From Squalus acanthias (lineage: Eukaryota): a DNA stretch of 64,000 nt. Shown piece after piece: positions 12,480-24,766 of this stretch; within the stretch, counting starts at the first letter, position 1, and each line of letters starts with the position of its first letter. A model generated the notes under the pieces. That model saw only the letters and a list, made by a program, of their open reading frames with translations. It ran no database searches and was not told the origin of the DNA. The position numbers and the translations under genes are program-made. The stretch covers positions 114,826,001-114,890,000 of the forward strand of contig CM059431.1 of the NCBI GenBank assembly GCA_030390025.1. The letters run 5' to 3'.

Positions 12480-14215
12480 ATTCACGGGGTGTGGGTATTA
12501 CTGGCAAGGCCAGCATTTATTGCTCATCCATAATTGCCCCTGAGAAAATAAGAAGTAAGAGCAGGAGTAGGCCATACGGCCCCTCGAGCCTGCTCCGCCA
12601 TTCAATAAGATCATGGCTGATCATCGACCTCAACTCCACTTTCCCGCCCGATCTCCATATCCCTTGATTCCCCTAGAGTCCAAAAATCTATCTACAGTAT
12701 CTCAGCCTTGAATGTGTTCAAAGACTCAGCATCCACAGCCCTCTGGGGCAGAGAATTCCAAAGATTCACAACCCTCTGAGTGAAGAAATTCCTCCTCATC
12801 TCAGTCTTAAATGGCCTACCCCTTATCCTGAGACTATGCCCCGTAGTTCTAGACACTCCAGCCAGGGGAAACAACCTCTCAGCATCTACCCTATCAATCC
12901 CCTTCAGAATCTTGTATGTTTCAATGAGATCACCTCTCATTCTTCTAAACTCCAGAGAGTACAGGCCAATTCTACACAATCTCTCATAGGACAGCACTCT
13001 CATCCCAGGAATCAATCTAGTGAACCTTTGCTGTGCTGCCTCCAAGGCAAGTATATCCTTCCTTAGATAAGGAGACCAAAACTGTGCACCGTACTCCAGG
13101 TGTGGTCTCACCAAGGCCCTGTACAATTGTAGCAAGACTTCCTTACTCTTATACTCCAGCCCCCTTGCAATAAAGGCCAACATGCCATTTGCCTTCCTTA
13201 TTGCTTGCTGTACCTGCATGCTAGCTTTCTGTGTTTCTTGCACGAGGACACCCAAATCTCTCTCAATACCAACATTTGAAAGTTTCTCACCATTTAAAAA
13301 ATATTCTGTTTTTCTATTCTTCCAACCAAAGTGAATAACCTCACATTATACTCCATCTGCCACCTTATTGCTCACTCACTTAGTCTTTCTATATCTGGTG
13401 AGCTGCCTTCTTGAACCGCTGCAGTCCGTGTGGTGAAGGTACTCCCACAGTGCTAGGGAGTTCCAGAATTTTGACCCAGTGACAATGATATATGTCCAAG
13501 CCAGGATGGTGTGTGTGTTGGAAGTGGTGGCGTTGCCATGCACCTACTGCCCTTGTCCTTCTAGGTAGTAGGTTTGGGAGGTGCTACTGAAGAAGCTTTG
13601 GCGAGTTACTGCAGTACATCTTGTAGATGGTACACAGTGCCGGTCAGTGGTGGAGGGAGTGAATGTGTAAGCTGGTGGGTTGGGTGCCGCTCAAGTGGAC
13701 TGCTTTGTGTCGAGCTTCTTGAGTGTTGGAACTGCACTCATCCAGGCAAGTGGAGAGTATTCCACCCTTGACTTGTGCCTGGTGGAAAGGCTTTGGGGTG
13801 TCAGGAGAGGAGTCACTTGCCACAGACTACCCAGCCTCTGACCTGCTCTTGTAGCCACAGTATTTATGTGGCTGGTCCAGTTAAGTTTCTGGTAAATGGT
13901 GAACTCCAGGATATTGATAGTGGGGGATTTGCCAATGATAATGCCGTTGAATGTCATGGGGAGGTGGTTAGACACTCTCTTGTTGGAGATGGTCATTGCC
14001 TGACACGAATGTTACTTGCCACTTATCAGCCCAAGCCTGAATGTCGTCCAGGTATTGCTGCATGCAGGCATGGACTGCTTCATTATCTGAGGAGTTGCGA
14101 ATGGAACTGAACACCGTGCAGTCATCAGCGAACATCCCCACTTCTGACCTTATGATGGAGGGAAGGTCATTGATGAAGCAGCTGAAGATGGTTGGGCCTA
14201 GGACATTGCCCTGCA
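12480..14215 (-). mobile_element. Second LINE family 3' portion, split by a CR1 insertion
   Basis: Same family as 8050-9995. Sequence ...ttgcccctgagaa (about 12546) resumes as ggtgagctgccttcttgaaccgc at about 13397. Confidence 0.85.
12547..13396 (-). mobile_element. CR1 LINE 3' fragment nested in the other LINE
   Basis: ORF 12692-13255 KANGMLAFIARGLEYKS...RPHLEY...RMRGDLIETYKILKG...VVNLWNSLP. Confidence 0.95.
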
Positions 14216-14217
14216 GC

Positions 14218-14532
14218 CATTTGTTCCAACTGAGTGGCTTGCTCGGCCATTTCAGAGTTAATAGTCAACCGCATTGCTATGGGTCTGGAGTCACATATAG
14301 GCCAGACCTGGTAAGGACAGCAGATTTCCTTCCCTAAAGGGGCATTAGTGAGCCAGATGGGTTTTTACGACAATCCGGTAATTTCATGGTCACCATTACT
14401 GATACTAGCTTTTTATTCCAGATTTATTTAATTAACTGAATTCCATGGTGGGATTTGAACTCCTGTCTCCAGATTATTAGTCCAGGTCTCTGGGTTACTA
14501 GTCCAGTAACATAACCACTATGCTACCGTTCC
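14218..14532 (-). mobile_element. tRNA-derived SINE 5' part
   Basis: The minus strand starts ggtagcatagtggttatgttactggactagtaa... with a B-box-like gagttcaaatccc. A second copy lies at about 37040-37370. Confidence 0.75.
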
Positions 14533-14579
14533 TGGTGTTCTGATAACGCCCTGCTCTGCCTCTCTACCACATCTTGACA

Positions 14580-15345
14580 CAATAACACTTCTATGCTGTT
14601 GGACTTCCTATCCAGTGTGACATCTTGGATGAGTCGCTGGTGCCATCTCCCTCTCTGGCTACTTGTTTAGGCTGAACAAAGCCAACTGCAACTTCGCGCT
14701 GTATTCTCCCTTCAGCGCTGTATTCTCCCTTCAGCTGAGCACCATACTGCTCAAATCTTCATAACTAAAACCACTGACTTCCACCCCCACATCATTGCTG
14801 TCTCTTTTCTCTCCCCAACTCCCCCTCCCCCACGCCACTGAAACACCTATCCATGCTCTTGTCACCTCCTGACTATATTACTCCAAAGCTGTCCTTACTG
14901 CCCTTCCATTGTCCTTCCTTCATAAACTCTAACTTTTCCCAAACACAACTGTCTGCATGCTGTCCTACATCAAGTCTGCTCATACATTATTTCCATCTTC
15001 ACTGACCTGTACAGACACTCTGTTCTCTAACAATTCCAATTTAAAATCCTTGTCTTTGTCTTCAAATCTGTTCATGACTTTGCACCTCCCAACTCTGCAA
15101 TCTCCTGCAGCCATAGGTCCTTTCATGTACCCTTCAGTCCTCCGACTCTGATCTCCTGTGCATCCTGCCTCTGTTCATCTCACCATCTCTAAACCCCTTC
15201 ACCTGTTCACCTATGTCCTCCTTTAAAAATCTTTTCAAATCTCATCTTTTTGACTTGGAGTTCTCTACGAAACTCTCTCCCATGCTTTGATGTGTGTTCC
15301 TCTCTTTGAAGCACCTTGGTATGTTGAAGGCGTTACATAAATGCA
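14580..15345 (+). mobile_element. Old L2-type LINE 3' remnant
   Basis: atccatgctcttgtcacctcc.gactatattactccaa (the decayed HAxVTSRLDY motif region) and tail aagcaccttgg...aaggcgttacataaatgca. Confidence 0.6.
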
Positions 15346-15359
15346 GAGTTTTGTCATTG

Positions 15360-15900
15360 TTGTCTTTCTCTCCTTCCCTTCTATCCCTCTTTTATGCTTC
15401 TTTGCCTTCTGTCGCTTGCTCTCTCATGCCTCCTTCCTCCTTTTCTATTGCACTCTCATTTGCCTCCTGTTCTGTCACATTCTCTCGCTTGCCTCCTTTC
15501 CTTTCATCTCTTTTTTACCTCTTTTATTCTGCAGCTTCCCTTTTGTGTCTCTCTGTATGTCTGCCTGTCTCTCTCTTACACACATGCCCCCTTTACTTTG
15601 TCTTTATTTTTTTTAACTTTTCTCCTTTTATTGTTTCTCTTCTTTCTCTCTTTTGATTCTACCTCTAACCTCCCTCCCACTTATCTCTCCTGCTGTTCAA
15701 TGTCTCTCTTGTGCTTCTCTCTTTCCTGCTTTTCATTCAATCTCCTTCTCTTGCCTACTTTTCTCTTTCTTCTGAGACTCACTTTCCTTCTCCTGCTTCT
15801 GTTTCCTGAATTTTTTTCTTTCTCTATCTGATTCTCTATTTCCTGATACTCGCTCTCTCTTTTCTGTTTCTCTGTTTCTTTGTATGTATCTCTCTCCTGA
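15360..15900. repeat. Pyrimidine-rich low-complexity tract
   Basis: Largely C/T on the + strand; produces spurious L/F/S-rich ORFs. Confidence 0.85.
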
Positions 15901-16588
15901 TTGTCTTGCATAAAATTAATTCTGTGCTCATAGAGCAAAACAGCATGTAGTTTAACCCAAATTGATGGTCTCACTTACTGGAGCAAGACAGGTATTTTTC
16001 TGAGGCCAGATGACTCATTGTTGAAACAGGGTACTGGAGCTTTACTTTGTAGTTGGCTGTGTTACAAACCTAAAAGTTCTCTATGCTGACACGAGGTGCA
16101 AAATGAAAAATATGCCATTCTGAAACACAAATACCTTACATTGCTTCTGTGTAGGTTTAGGAAACAAGATATTGGTGTCTTCTAAACCAAAAACACAGAA
16201 TACGATGATTGTATCTTCTCTCTTTCCACAAATCTGGATAAAACCAGTTGGGTGATGTGTAGTGAAAATAAATTCTTGAAATATTTACATGTAGAAGACC
16301 TAAACTGCATTCTAGATAGCTGTGTTATAAATTTGAACATGGGGTGGGGGAAGGGTTCCTCTGTTGTTGGTAGCAAAATTATAAACAAGTTAATATTGCA
16401 TTTTAAATTTTCCATCCTCGTAACAGAATTTTCAGTATTGGAATAATCACATTTCAGTATCATTAACACAATCCGTTATACAGATACGAACAATAACTTA
16501 AGAATTGAAAATTTAATTTCTCCTCTTACCCCCTCCCACCCACACCAAAGTTTCAACTAATTTTTGTCCATGTCTACTCTTTCAACAG

Positions 16589-16722
16589 AGACGGATTTCC
16601 AGAGTGACCTTATGCCGGTGCCACCCCCTTATAGCGTTGCCACCTCCCTGCCGACTTATGATGAAGCAGAAAAAGCCAAAGCTGCTGCAATGGCAGCTGG
16701 GGCAGCAGAAGCTGGACAAAGA
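16589..16722 (+). CDS. NDFIP2: NDFIP2 coding exon 3, PY motifs 2 (PPPY) and 3 (LPTY)
   Basis: Acceptor ctctttcaacag|AG and donor AAGA|gtgaga. 134 nt, phase 1 to 0. (E)TDFQSDLMPVPPPYSVATSLPTYDEAEKAKAAAMAAGAAEAGQR; the VPPPYSVATSLPTYDEAEKAKAAAMAA block is NDFIP2-like rather than NDFIP1-like. Confidence 0.96.
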
Positions 16723-18354
16723 GTGAGAAATTATCTTTTTTTAAATGTAAAACATCAGATAACAGCTTTTTTTAATTAGGTGACTCTGATTCATGCTGAC
16801 AAATAAGGTGGATTTACAGAATGGATATAAGCTAGATGTTTTGAGTGGGAATTCACGAGCAGCAAGCAACAATATATATATTTGAACAGCACCAGTAAGG
16901 AAAGCATTAGTGAGTTTTGACATTTTAATAATGTTACTCAGAAAGATATAGTTCACCAGTTATTTCATGAAACCATTTGCTCCATGTGCTGAAAACAGGT
17001 ACCCAGTACAATTCTGCAATCTAGAGTAGAATTCTTAATCACTTTGGTCAGCCTGCATCAGTCGACCATTTTGTAATGCTGCAAGATTGACTAATAGGAA
17101 TGTTTATTTCTTTCAATTATTGTTTAAGCCCTTGGAAGTATTAACATTTTTCAGAAATATGTGCACTTCAGAAAAATGTTGATTTGTAAAAGGTGTTCAT
17201 CCTCTTGGCAGCGTCTGAATTTTACTTGACAGTAACATTTATTAACAAATAACTGTCTAAAATGAGTATTAAGTGCACAGTTGTACCAAGCCCATGAACT
17301 TTGTGAACAAAATATAAAGCTTGTAGAAACTTGAAAACTTGAATGGTAGTGCATCGTTTGACATTTTATATTTAGTCTCTACTCATTTGCATTATCGTAT
17401 ATTGTCTTGTGTTTTTCTGCTTAACAACCTGCTACGCACGGACAGTTTAGGGAGCCTAGGAATCTGTTTGATGAAATTCTACAAGGTACATCTCAGGTAC
17501 AGTTCTATCCTGCATATATGACTATGGAATGCTTGCATTACATGTTCAAAAATGTGGTTTGTGCACTTTCCTAATTGGATGCTGTACACTATTTTGTGTT
17601 TGTGTGTTATGCTCTCATACGTCATAGACAGTTATAATTAACGAGGGTGTTGTCTGTTGCAGATTAACCCTTTCATAGGGTGAACCAGTTTATGAATAAA
17701 ATGTCTTCAAGTTGGTATCGACTTTTGTTTGAGTTTGAGTTTCCATTAAAATGAATAGAGATGCTCCAGGACAATAACTTCCCCTAAAACTGACATCATT
17801 GGAGCATCTGTGAAGGGCAGGAGATTCGAAATAATGGATCTCCAAGTGGCAACAAATCTAAAGATTTTTTTGATGGATAACAATTGAATATTACCATATT
17901 TTCTTTAGGTGGAAATTGGGCAAGATTTTCAAACAGAAAACACTCCTCCGTACTTTCCTTTTCCTTTATTAACTGAGTAGACATTAATATTAAAGAACAG
18001 ACACCTGTGAGCTGAAATGTTTTAAAAAAATTTTTGCAAAAGCTATTTATAAACAAAGCTATAATTCACTCTGAATTTCATACCAAATTGGGATCTTTCT
18101 AGTAAATACAGCATACTGGCAATGGGGTTATACTATCAGAACTGCATTGAAAAATGTCAGTTTACCGGTTGCAGGATGCAACACAAGTTATTGCATGGCT
18201 ATGAATGTGTCACCAAACATGTTAATGATACAGTCCAAGAATCTTCAATAGTTGGCATGTTCAACCAGGTATTGTGTAAAAGGAAAGGAGCCAAAGTGGA
18301 ATAATTTAAATTCAATTTGAATTTGAATTTAAAAAATGGGGTTACTGAAACATT

Positions 18355-19000
18355 GGGCCAGATCTTGTTGCAGTGGGGCATCCCCCGGCATAAGGCGTTG
18401 GGCTTTTTCCTGTACCCTTCAGCCTGAACGTGTGAGCTGATAACAACGTGGCGAGGGCACTTGGGCATCTGGGACCTTAGTGAATGGCAGGACCAGCAGT
18501 CTATCTCCTTAATGCGATTTAAGGATTGAGAAAGAAACAGAGGAACGAGGGTGAATTAGAATCAAATCAGGTACAGAAAGGGAAATAAAGAGATGTAAAG
18601 AAAGATTGGATTAAGAGAGAGAGAGAAAAAAGAGACAGAAAGGAAAAGTAAGAAAAAAGTTTAAAAATGTAAAATTTGATTGAACAGTTTAAATTGTTCC
18701 CTTTCGGGGTCAGAGAGGTTGATTGGTATTACATTAACAATTATCACGTTGTTAAAAAGGTACTTGCGCTGTTCAGTTCTAGCCCTAACTTTCTGCTGCG
18801 ATTTAATAGACAATTAATGTGCAAATCCAGCAAGTTCTTAAAAATAATGGGAAGGCTAAGGGAGAGATGCCATTTGTGAGAAGCAAACGGCGGAGCGGCA
18901 TAAATCGACCAGCAAGTTCTGGAGTTTCACAACGCATGGCTCTTAATCCTCTGAACTTGTTGGCCGATTTGCGCATTAATAGCGGTGTTAAGATTTGGCC
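18355..19000. mobile_element. MITE (Harbinger-like termini)
   Basis: Ends ggccagatctt / aagatttggcc, flanked by ATT on both sides. Confidence 0.6.
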
Positions 19001-19059
19001 ATTATTGTTTTGAAATGTCTATATCATTTTAGTCAGTTGTTTAATATTGTAGATTTTTT

Positions 19060-19687
19060 TTTAATATTCCTTCATGGGATCTGGGCGTCGCTGGCAAGGC
19101 CAGCATTTATTGCCCATCCCTAGTTGCCCTTGAGAAGGTGGTGGTGAGCCACCTTCTTGAATCGCTGCAGTCCATGTGGTGAAGGTACTCCCGCAGTGCT
19201 GTTAACTAGGGAGTTCCAGGATTTTGACCCAGCGACGATGAAGGTACAGCGATATATTTCCAAGTTAGGATGACGTGCGACTTGGAGATGGTGGTGTTGC
19301 CATGCTCCAGCTGCCCATGTCCTTCTAGGTGGTAGAGGTCGTGGGTTTGGGAGGTACTGTCGAAGAAGCCTTGGCGAGATGCTGCAGTGCATCTTGTAGA
19401 AGGTACACACTGCAGCCACTGTGCGCTGGTGGTGGAGGGAATGAATGTTTAAGGTGGTGCCAATCAAGCGGGCTGCTTTGTTCTGGATGGTGTCGAGCTT
19501 CTTTAGTGTTGTTGGAGCTGCACTCATCCAGGCAATTAGAGAGTATTCCATCACACTCCTGATTTGTGCCTTGTAGATAGTGGAAAGGTTTTGAGGAGTC
19601 AGGAGGTGAAACACTCGCCACAGAATACCCAGCCTCTGATCTACCATTGTTGCCACAGTATTTATGTGGCTGGTTCAGTTAAGTTTC
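19060..19687 (-). mobile_element. Second LINE family 3' fragment
   Basis: ORF 19120-19656 QRLGILWRV...YKAQIRSVMEYS...KSWNSL...AHHHLLKGN, same family as 8050-9995. Confidence 0.9.
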
Positions 19688-19689
19688 CA

Positions 19690-19950
19690 TTGGGACGGAG
19701 AATTGACGTGGCAAGTGACGGGAAGTTTGGGTTTGCACTTGAGGATAGAACGAAGGTGTTCAGCAAAGCGGTCACATCATGTGTATCTGGTCTCAGCGAT
19801 GAAAAAGAGATTGCACCGTGAGCAGCAAATACAGTAAACTAGATTAGAGGAAGGACACAAATTGTGTCTCACCAGGAAGGAGTGTTTGGAACCCTCGACA
19901 GTGGTGTGGGAGGTGGTGAACGGGCAGGTGTTGCATCTCCTGCACTTACA
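19690..19950 (-). mobile_element. Penelope-like element fragment (GIY-YIG region)
   Basis: CRRCNTCPF...CPSSNLVYCICCSRCNLFFIAET is the PLE Zn-knuckle linker plus the start of the GIY-YIG endonuclease. Confidence 0.8.
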
Positions 19951-20361
19951 TGTAAATTGCTGTCTCAATTTACATACAAGCACAAAGATTCAACATGTAC
20001 ACATTCACCTCCTGTACATTGATATAGGCCAAAGTTAATTTCTATGCATTATCACTGCTAGGGAGCAGGACTGCAGTACATTACAATATTTGATTTATCA
20101 AAATTGAAAATATCAAGACTCCACTGCAGATGCTATATAGAGTAGGATACAAGGTGATCATTTTGGATTAAAGGTGGTTTGTAGATTTTGTTTTTAAACA
20201 AAGAAATTGCAACAAAGTTTTAAGGACAGAGCCATTATGTTCTCCATAGTAACGGAAAGTTAGAAATACGTGGAAATGTCATGCTGCCTTTTATTTTTGA
20301 AGAAGCAGTGTATCTAATGGATCAAATAACAAATTGCACCTTCTGTCATAGAAATGGTATA

Positions 20362-21421
20362 CAGGCTAACTTCACTATAACGAACCATGTTTATAATGAA
20401 CACCTGTTTTTAATGGTCCCAATGGCATGACCCTTTTCTTTCAATGGAAATCAGCCCTACTACAACAAACACTTATGGATCGACCCGGACTGACCAGGAT
20501 ACAACGATGGTATTCAAGCTGCTGTTAATAGAAAGATAACCAATTGTAGAACGAATCCCGCATGACCTATGCATTTGTTGCCTGAGAAGTTTGCACATAA
20601 ACTGAAACTAGGCAACAGGCATGCGGAGGCAACTGCAATGAGAAAACAGGCACGTGCGTGAAGATGGTGAGTAAGATCTTCTTTGTCTCTGAAAACAAAT
20701 CATCCATGATTTGGGCCATAATGGAAAGTTGCAAGCCATAATCTGCAAAGAACTCTGCTATGCAAAGAGCACTATTGCAACCGTGTGGACCAACAGAGGA
20801 AAAATCAAGCCTGCTATCGTTGAAGATGAAATGCCGATCTAGTGCGAATTAATCTGTATTGTGGCTCATGAAGATCTTGATGAAGGAGTCAATCGCTGGT
20901 TTAAAATAGCCAAAGAGCGTAACATTCCAGTGTCAGGCGATGTGTTACGTGCAAAGGCCGAAAAATTTGCATGTTCTTTAGGCACTGAAAACTTCAAATG
21001 CATAGCTAAACTGCTTTAAGCAGCGGCGTCATTTAAAATTTAAGGCAATTGTCGGCGAAAAGGGTGAGGTTAACACAGAGCTGACTAGCGTATGGCTGAC
21101 GTTTATTTGTACAGAACTATAGTCCAAGAGACATTTTTAACATCGACAAAACTGGACTTTCAACAACTATGCGAAACTTCACACAGTCATTACCTGGAAC
21201 TGAGGATCTTTTTGGACTGGTTAACAAGATAGAAACAGCGTGCATTGAGAAAAGCAACAATAATATGAAGCAGTTTTTTTACATCATAAAATTACGTTTA
21301 ATTCAAATAGGTCGTTTCTTTATTTTTCTGGTGGAGTGAATCGTCAAACCCAACTATAATGAACACCCTGATCTTTTTATCTGTTCGTCCTGAGAGGGTA
21401 CATTATAGTGAAGTTCGCCTG
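20362..21421 (+). mobile_element. Internally deleted Tigger/pogo (Tc1-mariner) DNA transposon
   Basis: TIRs caggctaacttcactataa / ttatagtgaagttcgcctg with TA on both sides. Decayed transposase: HEDLDEGVNRWFKIAKERNIPVSGDVLRAKAEKFA (CENP-B-type HTH), FKAIVGEKGEV, and YSPRDIFNIDKTGL (first D region). Confidence 0.92.
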
Positions 21422-22199
21422 TATATTGTTGGCAGTTAGGATGGGTTAAAAATTAAAGGGTGTACCTTGTGCTCAAGATCAAAGGATGGCCTTTTGTCTC
21501 AGTTTGCTTTTGTAAACCTGGGTCAGCCATCTGACTGGTTTACAATGTATTTCCAGCACTTTTTTCCTCCTGATTTTCAGCATTTGCAGATTTTTTTATA
21601 TAGCCTGAAGCCCTGAGAAGCAGCCAGATAGTAGCAGTTTCCCAGTCACATCCATATGTCACGTCCTGACTTGGACTGCTGGCGCTGCTTTAGTTGATCT
21701 TCGCCAGTTTACTCTCTCGGGACTTCAAAGCGCCTATCGCGCCCACCTCTGATTGTTGCCCTTCTCCAGGCTCGCTGGCTGTTGCAGTTTTGAAACGAAC
21801 CGGTCACTTTTTGTGCACTTATATATACTAGGTAAAAATTACTCCGCAGAGAAATATTCTAACTACTTTAAAAAGTGTCCAGCTGGTATTCCAGCTACAA
21901 ACAACAGCAGGCAAGCCAGGAGTATAATGGCTAAAGGGCAGAAGGAGGAATGTTGAGGGAAGAGGTTAAGCTGGGGGAAAGGAACACGAAAGAGGGAATG
22001 TGATTCAAGGGGGAAAGAAAGAAGGGAAACAGTGCAACAATGCTGTAACAGCAGAACAACTGGTTACCAGATCAACTGTGGTCTGAATTGAGTTTCAAAG
22101 TAGAATTTTCTAATTGTATGGATGATTGCATTTTCAGATAATTTAAACTACATTTCTATATGTTGTGTACTGTCAGGCTAGGGTTAACTTTATTTTTTA

Positions 22200-22660
22200 A
22201 GTGGCCTTGGCTCAGGGATAATACTCTAGCCTCTGAGTCAGAAGGTTGTGTGTTCAAGTCCCACTCCAGATCCTTGAGCATATAATCTAGGCTGACATTG
22301 CAGTGCAGTACTGAGGGAGTGTTGCACCGTTGGAGGTGCCGTCTTTCGGATGTGATGTTAAACCAAGGCCCTGTCTGCTCTCTCAGGTGGCTGTAAAAGA
22401 TCCCACGCCACTATTTCGAAGAAGAGCAGGGGAGTTATCCCCAGTGTCCTGGCCAATATTTATCCCTCAATCAACATGACAAAAACAGATTATCTGGTCA
22501 TTATCACATTGCTGTTTGTGGGAGCTTGCTGTGCGCAATTGGCTGCCGTGTTTCCTACATTACAACAGTGTCTACAATTCAAAAAGTAATTAATCAGCTG
22601 TAAAGCGCTTTGGGACGTCCTGAGGTCATGAAAGGCGCCGTATAAATGTAAGGTTTTTTT
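22200..22660 (+). mobile_element. Near full-length tRNA-derived DeuSINE-type SINE (SacSINE1/AmnSINE1-related)
   Basis: tRNA-like head with B box gttcaagtc (22252-60), Deu-type core (ggaggtgccgtctttcggatg...gtaaaagatccca...ctggccaatatttatccctcaa) and an L2-like tail. Part of the 3' region is repeated at 22670-22752. Confidence 0.85.
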
Positions 22661-23566
22661 TCTCAACCAACATCTGGTCATTATTGCTGTTTATGGGACC
22701 TCGCTGGGCTTAAATTGGCTGCCACGTGTCCCTACATTACAACAGTGACTGCAGGTCCCCACATGGCCAGTTTCTGTTCTGATTCATATTGTTGGAATGG
22801 AAATCAATATGTGCCAAAAGCAGGAAGGGGCCAAGTCAGATCAGACTATGCTTATCACTTACTTCTGGATGTTTCAAAGTAGCATTGTTGCAAGTCTCAG
22901 TGTAGGTTACTAGCAGACCCTCTTCAGCGAACGGTATGTATTGCTGAGATACCTCCAAGCAGAAGAATAATTTTAAATTTAGACGTTACAAATTTAAGTT
23001 TACCCTGAAAAACTGAATAGTCTACATGTGTGGGGAGATTTGGTACAGGTTGAGATTATGTAGCATAGGAATGGAGTTATGGCAACTGGACTATGGCATT
23101 TTAGAGCTTCAGTGTCTCCCAACTATTAAATCCAATATGTTATAAACAGAAGTACGTCTACTTTACCTGAACTGCTAAAGTCCACATCTTTGTGAATATT
23201 GTGGCAAGGTTTACAGCCTCTTATGCAGATTGCCTCAAATAAAATTTAAAAAGATATCACTAATGAATTTGCAGTTTCAACACAAAATGTTGAATTAGAA
23301 GTGAAAGTACTTAGTGCAGTTAGTATGTAAATTTAATGTAAAGAGTATGCAGTTAACATTCAGATAATAAATGTGATAACATGCACAACTTAAGGAAATG
23401 TGTTTAACAAAACTCATTGCACTGTTCAGTCCAAATATACCAAGGTCGTACAAAAACTTCACTTTCATACTTTTTCCACACTGCTATTGAATTCCGATTA
23501 ACCTAGTAAACAATAAAGAAGGTTCACGTTTAAATCAGCGTTGAAACACATCAAGCTAGTTCAATT

Positions 23567-24233
23567 AACAACAGAAAACGCTGGAAAAACTCAGCAGGCC
23601 AGGCAGCATCCGTGGAGAGAGAAACAGAGTTAACGTTTCAGGTCGAAGACTTTTTGTCAGAACTGGAAATAGCAGGAAATGAAATAGATTTAAGGCAAGG
23701 ATAAAGCTGGGAAAAGGGGGAGGGAATGAAAGAACAAAAGGAGAGATTAAGAGACATTAAGAGATGATCAAGGCAAGAGGTGGTGTTAATGTGACAGGTT
23801 GAGGCTGAAAGAAGTGTGAAATGCACTGGCAGAATGAAGGACAGCTGCCAGCTTCTAGGAGGGGAAAAAAAGGGGGGGGGGGGGGCAAACAAAAGGGTGG
23901 ATGAAAAAATAAAATATAAATGTGATAGGGGCTGAGGTTATGATTTAAAATTGTTGAACTCGATATTGAGTCCAGAGGGCTGTAGCGTGCCTAAACGAAA
24001 GATGAGGTGCTGTTCCTCGAGCTTACGCTGCGCTTCCGTGGAACAGTGTAATAGGCCGAGGACGGCGAGGTCAGAGTGGGAGTGGAGCGGAGAATTAAAG
24101 TGACAGGCGACTGGGAGCTCGGGGTCCCCCTTACGGACTGAACGGAGGTGTTCCGCAAAGCGGTCACCCAATCTGCGTTTGGTCTCCCCAATATAGAGGA
24201 GACCACATTGTGAGCAGCGAATACAGTATACTA
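23567..24233 (-). mobile_element. 5'-truncated Penelope-like element with GIY-YIG C-terminus and pseudo-LTR
   Basis: LGDRFAEHLRSV...PVACHFNS...RKLEEQHLIFRLGTLQPSGLNIEF; 14-bp TSD aagctagttcaatt (23553-66 and 24234-47). Confidence 0.93.
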
Positions 24234-24678
24234 AAGCTAGTTCAATTGTTGCTTTTTGTTATAGCTTCGGGGGAAGATTTTCTTGAGTCATTGTGTCTTA
24301 GTGACATTATAAACAGAACATTTCCTCTGATTGCTATTTCTGATAATTATAAACTCAATTATTTAGAATATCTGTATAATTCATTAGAAATAAGAATTAG
24401 AGGAAATCGTGTTTGCAATGTTGCTAGTGTAATCTCTATATTCCCTAGGAGCATAAAAAGAATTGCACTTTCTTCAGATAATTACACTCTTAAACTTCAG
24501 ACTCAAGTAGTTTCAGAGTGATATTTTTCTGGAATTTTATCATAGAAGAAAAGTGCTGCGTGGAGACCTGGTTGATTATGGAAATGTTAGTAACATGAAT
24601 ATAAGATTAAGCTTTTTATGATTATAATCTAAAACTACATGTTTTCACATAAAGCATTGTGTCACCGTACAAATACAG

Positions 24679-24766
24679 GAGGAAGATTTTCCACCAAGAG
24701 ATGACTTCAATGATGCTGACCAGCTGAGAGTAGGCAATGATGGCATCTTCATGTTAGCATTTTTCA
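24679..24766 (+). CDS. NDFIP2: NDFIP2 coding exon 4 (start may instead be 24655)
   Basis: Acceptor aaatacag|GAG and donor TTCA|gtaagt. 88 nt, phase 0 to 1. EEDFPPRDDFNDADQLRVGNDGIFMLAFF. Confidence 0.93.

Noticed and set aside
15294..15974. Hydrophobic L/F/S-rich ORFs that look like membrane proteins
   Set aside because: Low-complexity pyrimidine tract.
22200..22275. Possible tRNA gene
   Set aside because: It is the tRNA-derived head of a SINE with a degenerate A box and no clear cloverleaf.
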